Made by a program: the position numbers and the translations under genes
In this document: positions 63,130 to 64,000 of the stretch, one piece after another
How positions within the stretch are numbered: the first letter of the stretch is position 1
Layout of the letters: each line of letters begins with the position of its first letter
Source of the DNA: an uncultured Gammaproteobacteria bacterium
GTDB taxonomy: Bacteria; Pseudomonadota; Gammaproteobacteria; Natronospirales; JAIVGZ01
Assembly: GCA_964552205.1 (NCBI GenBank)
Contig: CAZKFT010000006.1
Span: 7,612 to 71,611 of the forward strand
DNA length: 64,000 bases
Reading direction: 5' to 3'
The notes under the pieces: generated by a model
Seen by the model: only the letters and a program-made list of their open reading frames with translations
Told to the model about the DNA's origin: nothing
Database searches by the model: none

Positions 63130-63621
63130 TCAGATTCCGAGCCTGCGCATGTCCGGATCCGGTGTCGCTCTAGACCAGATATCGTCGAATTCCTTCAGTT
63201 TCTGCCTGGCTTCGAACGGGTTATCCGTATCAGCAAATCCCTCATAGCGGTCAGCCTGTTTGCGGTACAGCAACCCACGCTCATCGGCAATGAGATAGGT
63301 TTCGATGATCTTGCTGTGCTCGTGGTGAGGATTGCGAATCTCGATGAAACTCGACAGGCGTCTCTTGGTTTCAATGATGCGGTGTCCCTCGCGGACGGCG
63401 CGCCGCGAGTCCTGAACCAGGATTCGTACCTTCGCGTATCGTCCTGATGTGGCGACCAACCGTATTGCCTCGATGAAATCGTCGGAATTGTAGATTTGAG
63501 GTTCCAGGTCGTAACTCAGTAGGGCAATGCTACGGCGGGCCAAGCGCGCAATCTCGATTGCAGCCTCTTGGTTGGCGGCCCAACTATCCAGCTCGCGTCG
63601 TGTGTCCTGATTTTCACTCAT
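63130..63621 (-). CDS. Hypothetical conserved-looking protein (163 aa), family not recognised
   Basis: ATG 63621 overlaps the upstream GNAT gene's stop by 8 nt. The track ORF to 63798 is an out-of-context extension. Coding-like composition. Confidence 0.6.
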   Translation of the reverse strand: MSENQDTRRELDSWAANQEAAIEIARLARRSIALLSYDLEPQIYNSDDFIEAIRLVATSGRYAKVRILVQDSRRAVREGHRIIETKRRLSSFIEIRNPHHEHSKIIETYLIADERGLLYRKQADRYEGFADTDNPFEARQKLKEFDDIWSRATPDPDMRRLGI

Positions 63622-64000
63622 GTTCCAACTCCAGTTCCATTTCACGGTGGGGGATGTCGGCTTCCATGAACTCCGGCCCATGGGCGACAAAGCCGTGCTG
63701 CGCATAAAAGCCCAGGGCATGGGTCTGGCTGTGCAGATAACAGCGGTGCATGCCAGCCTCCTTGGCGGCACTGACCAGCAGCGCGAGGATGCCGTCACCT
63801 ATACCGCGCCCACGCCAAGTTGCCAATACCGCCATTCGCCCGATCTTGCCATCTGCGGCAATGCGCCCGGTTCCAATTGCCTCACCTGTCGCCGATTCAG
63901 CCAGCGCGTGGATGCAACGCTCATCTTCGCCGTCCCATTCCAGATCGGCAGGGACTGACTGTTCGTGCACGAAAACCAACTCACGCACATGGCGGATACC
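63614..64000 (-). CDS. GNAT-family N-acetyltransferase (N-terminus probably beyond the window edge)
   Basis: R.LVFVHEQSVP...IGRMAVLATWRGRGIGDGIL (acetyl-CoA motif A Q/RxxGxG/A). The frame is open to the window end. Confidence 0.75.
   Translation of the reverse strand, partial: GIRHVRELVFVHEQSVPADLEWDGEDERCIHALAESATGEAIGTGRIAADGKIGRMAVLATWRGRGIGDGILALLVSAAKEAGMHRCYLHSQTHALGFYAQHGFVAHGPEFMEADIPHREMELELEHE

Overview
GC-rich gammaproteobacterial-type chromosomal core region. I count about 70 tightly packed protein genes, many with 1-4 nt start/stop overlaps, one intact tRNA and very little non-coding DNA. All homology calls rest on motifs read from the translations; no searches were run. Gene order follows several E. 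coli blocks: msbA-lpxK-ycaR-kdsB; rne/rluC-yceF/yceD-rpmF-plsX-fabH; clpS-clpA/infA-aat...trxB...ftsK-lolA-rarA-serS; and nudix-mnmA-hflD. Between these blocks lie lineage-specific insertions: a gspCDEF (type II secretion) plus SDR operon placed after fabH, a decayed CHASE2-cyclase pseudogene, and an 8-gene suf operon (Rrf2-sufBCDS-sufU-sufT-Rieske). There is also a run of transporters, hydrolases and small unknown genes at about 30.8-38.2 kb and 44.6-54.2 kb. I saw no IS element, integrase, prophage, CRISPR array, toxin-antitoxin pair or recognisable defence island, and I cannot point to one clear novel system. The items most worth a second look are: (1) an encapsulated-ferritin (EncFtn)-type gene with no shell gene beside it and no targeting tail, paired with an unknown 72-aa protein (57.7-58.2 kb); (2) a signal-peptide CHAT protease, 2-TM protein and membrane histidine-phosphatase trio (34.5-36.5 kb); (3) a partial tandem copy of tRNA-Ser(UGA) broken exactly after the anticodon by an ~80-nt hairpin-rich insert (30.58-30.82 kb); (4) a DUF482/FemAB-like gene translationally coupled to aat within the N-degron cluster; (5) a sharply bounded 60-nt AT-rich rare-codon patch inside rlmL; (6) several genes with a -10-like hexamer 6-9 nt upstream of the ATG and no Shine-Dalgarno, making them leaderless candidates.
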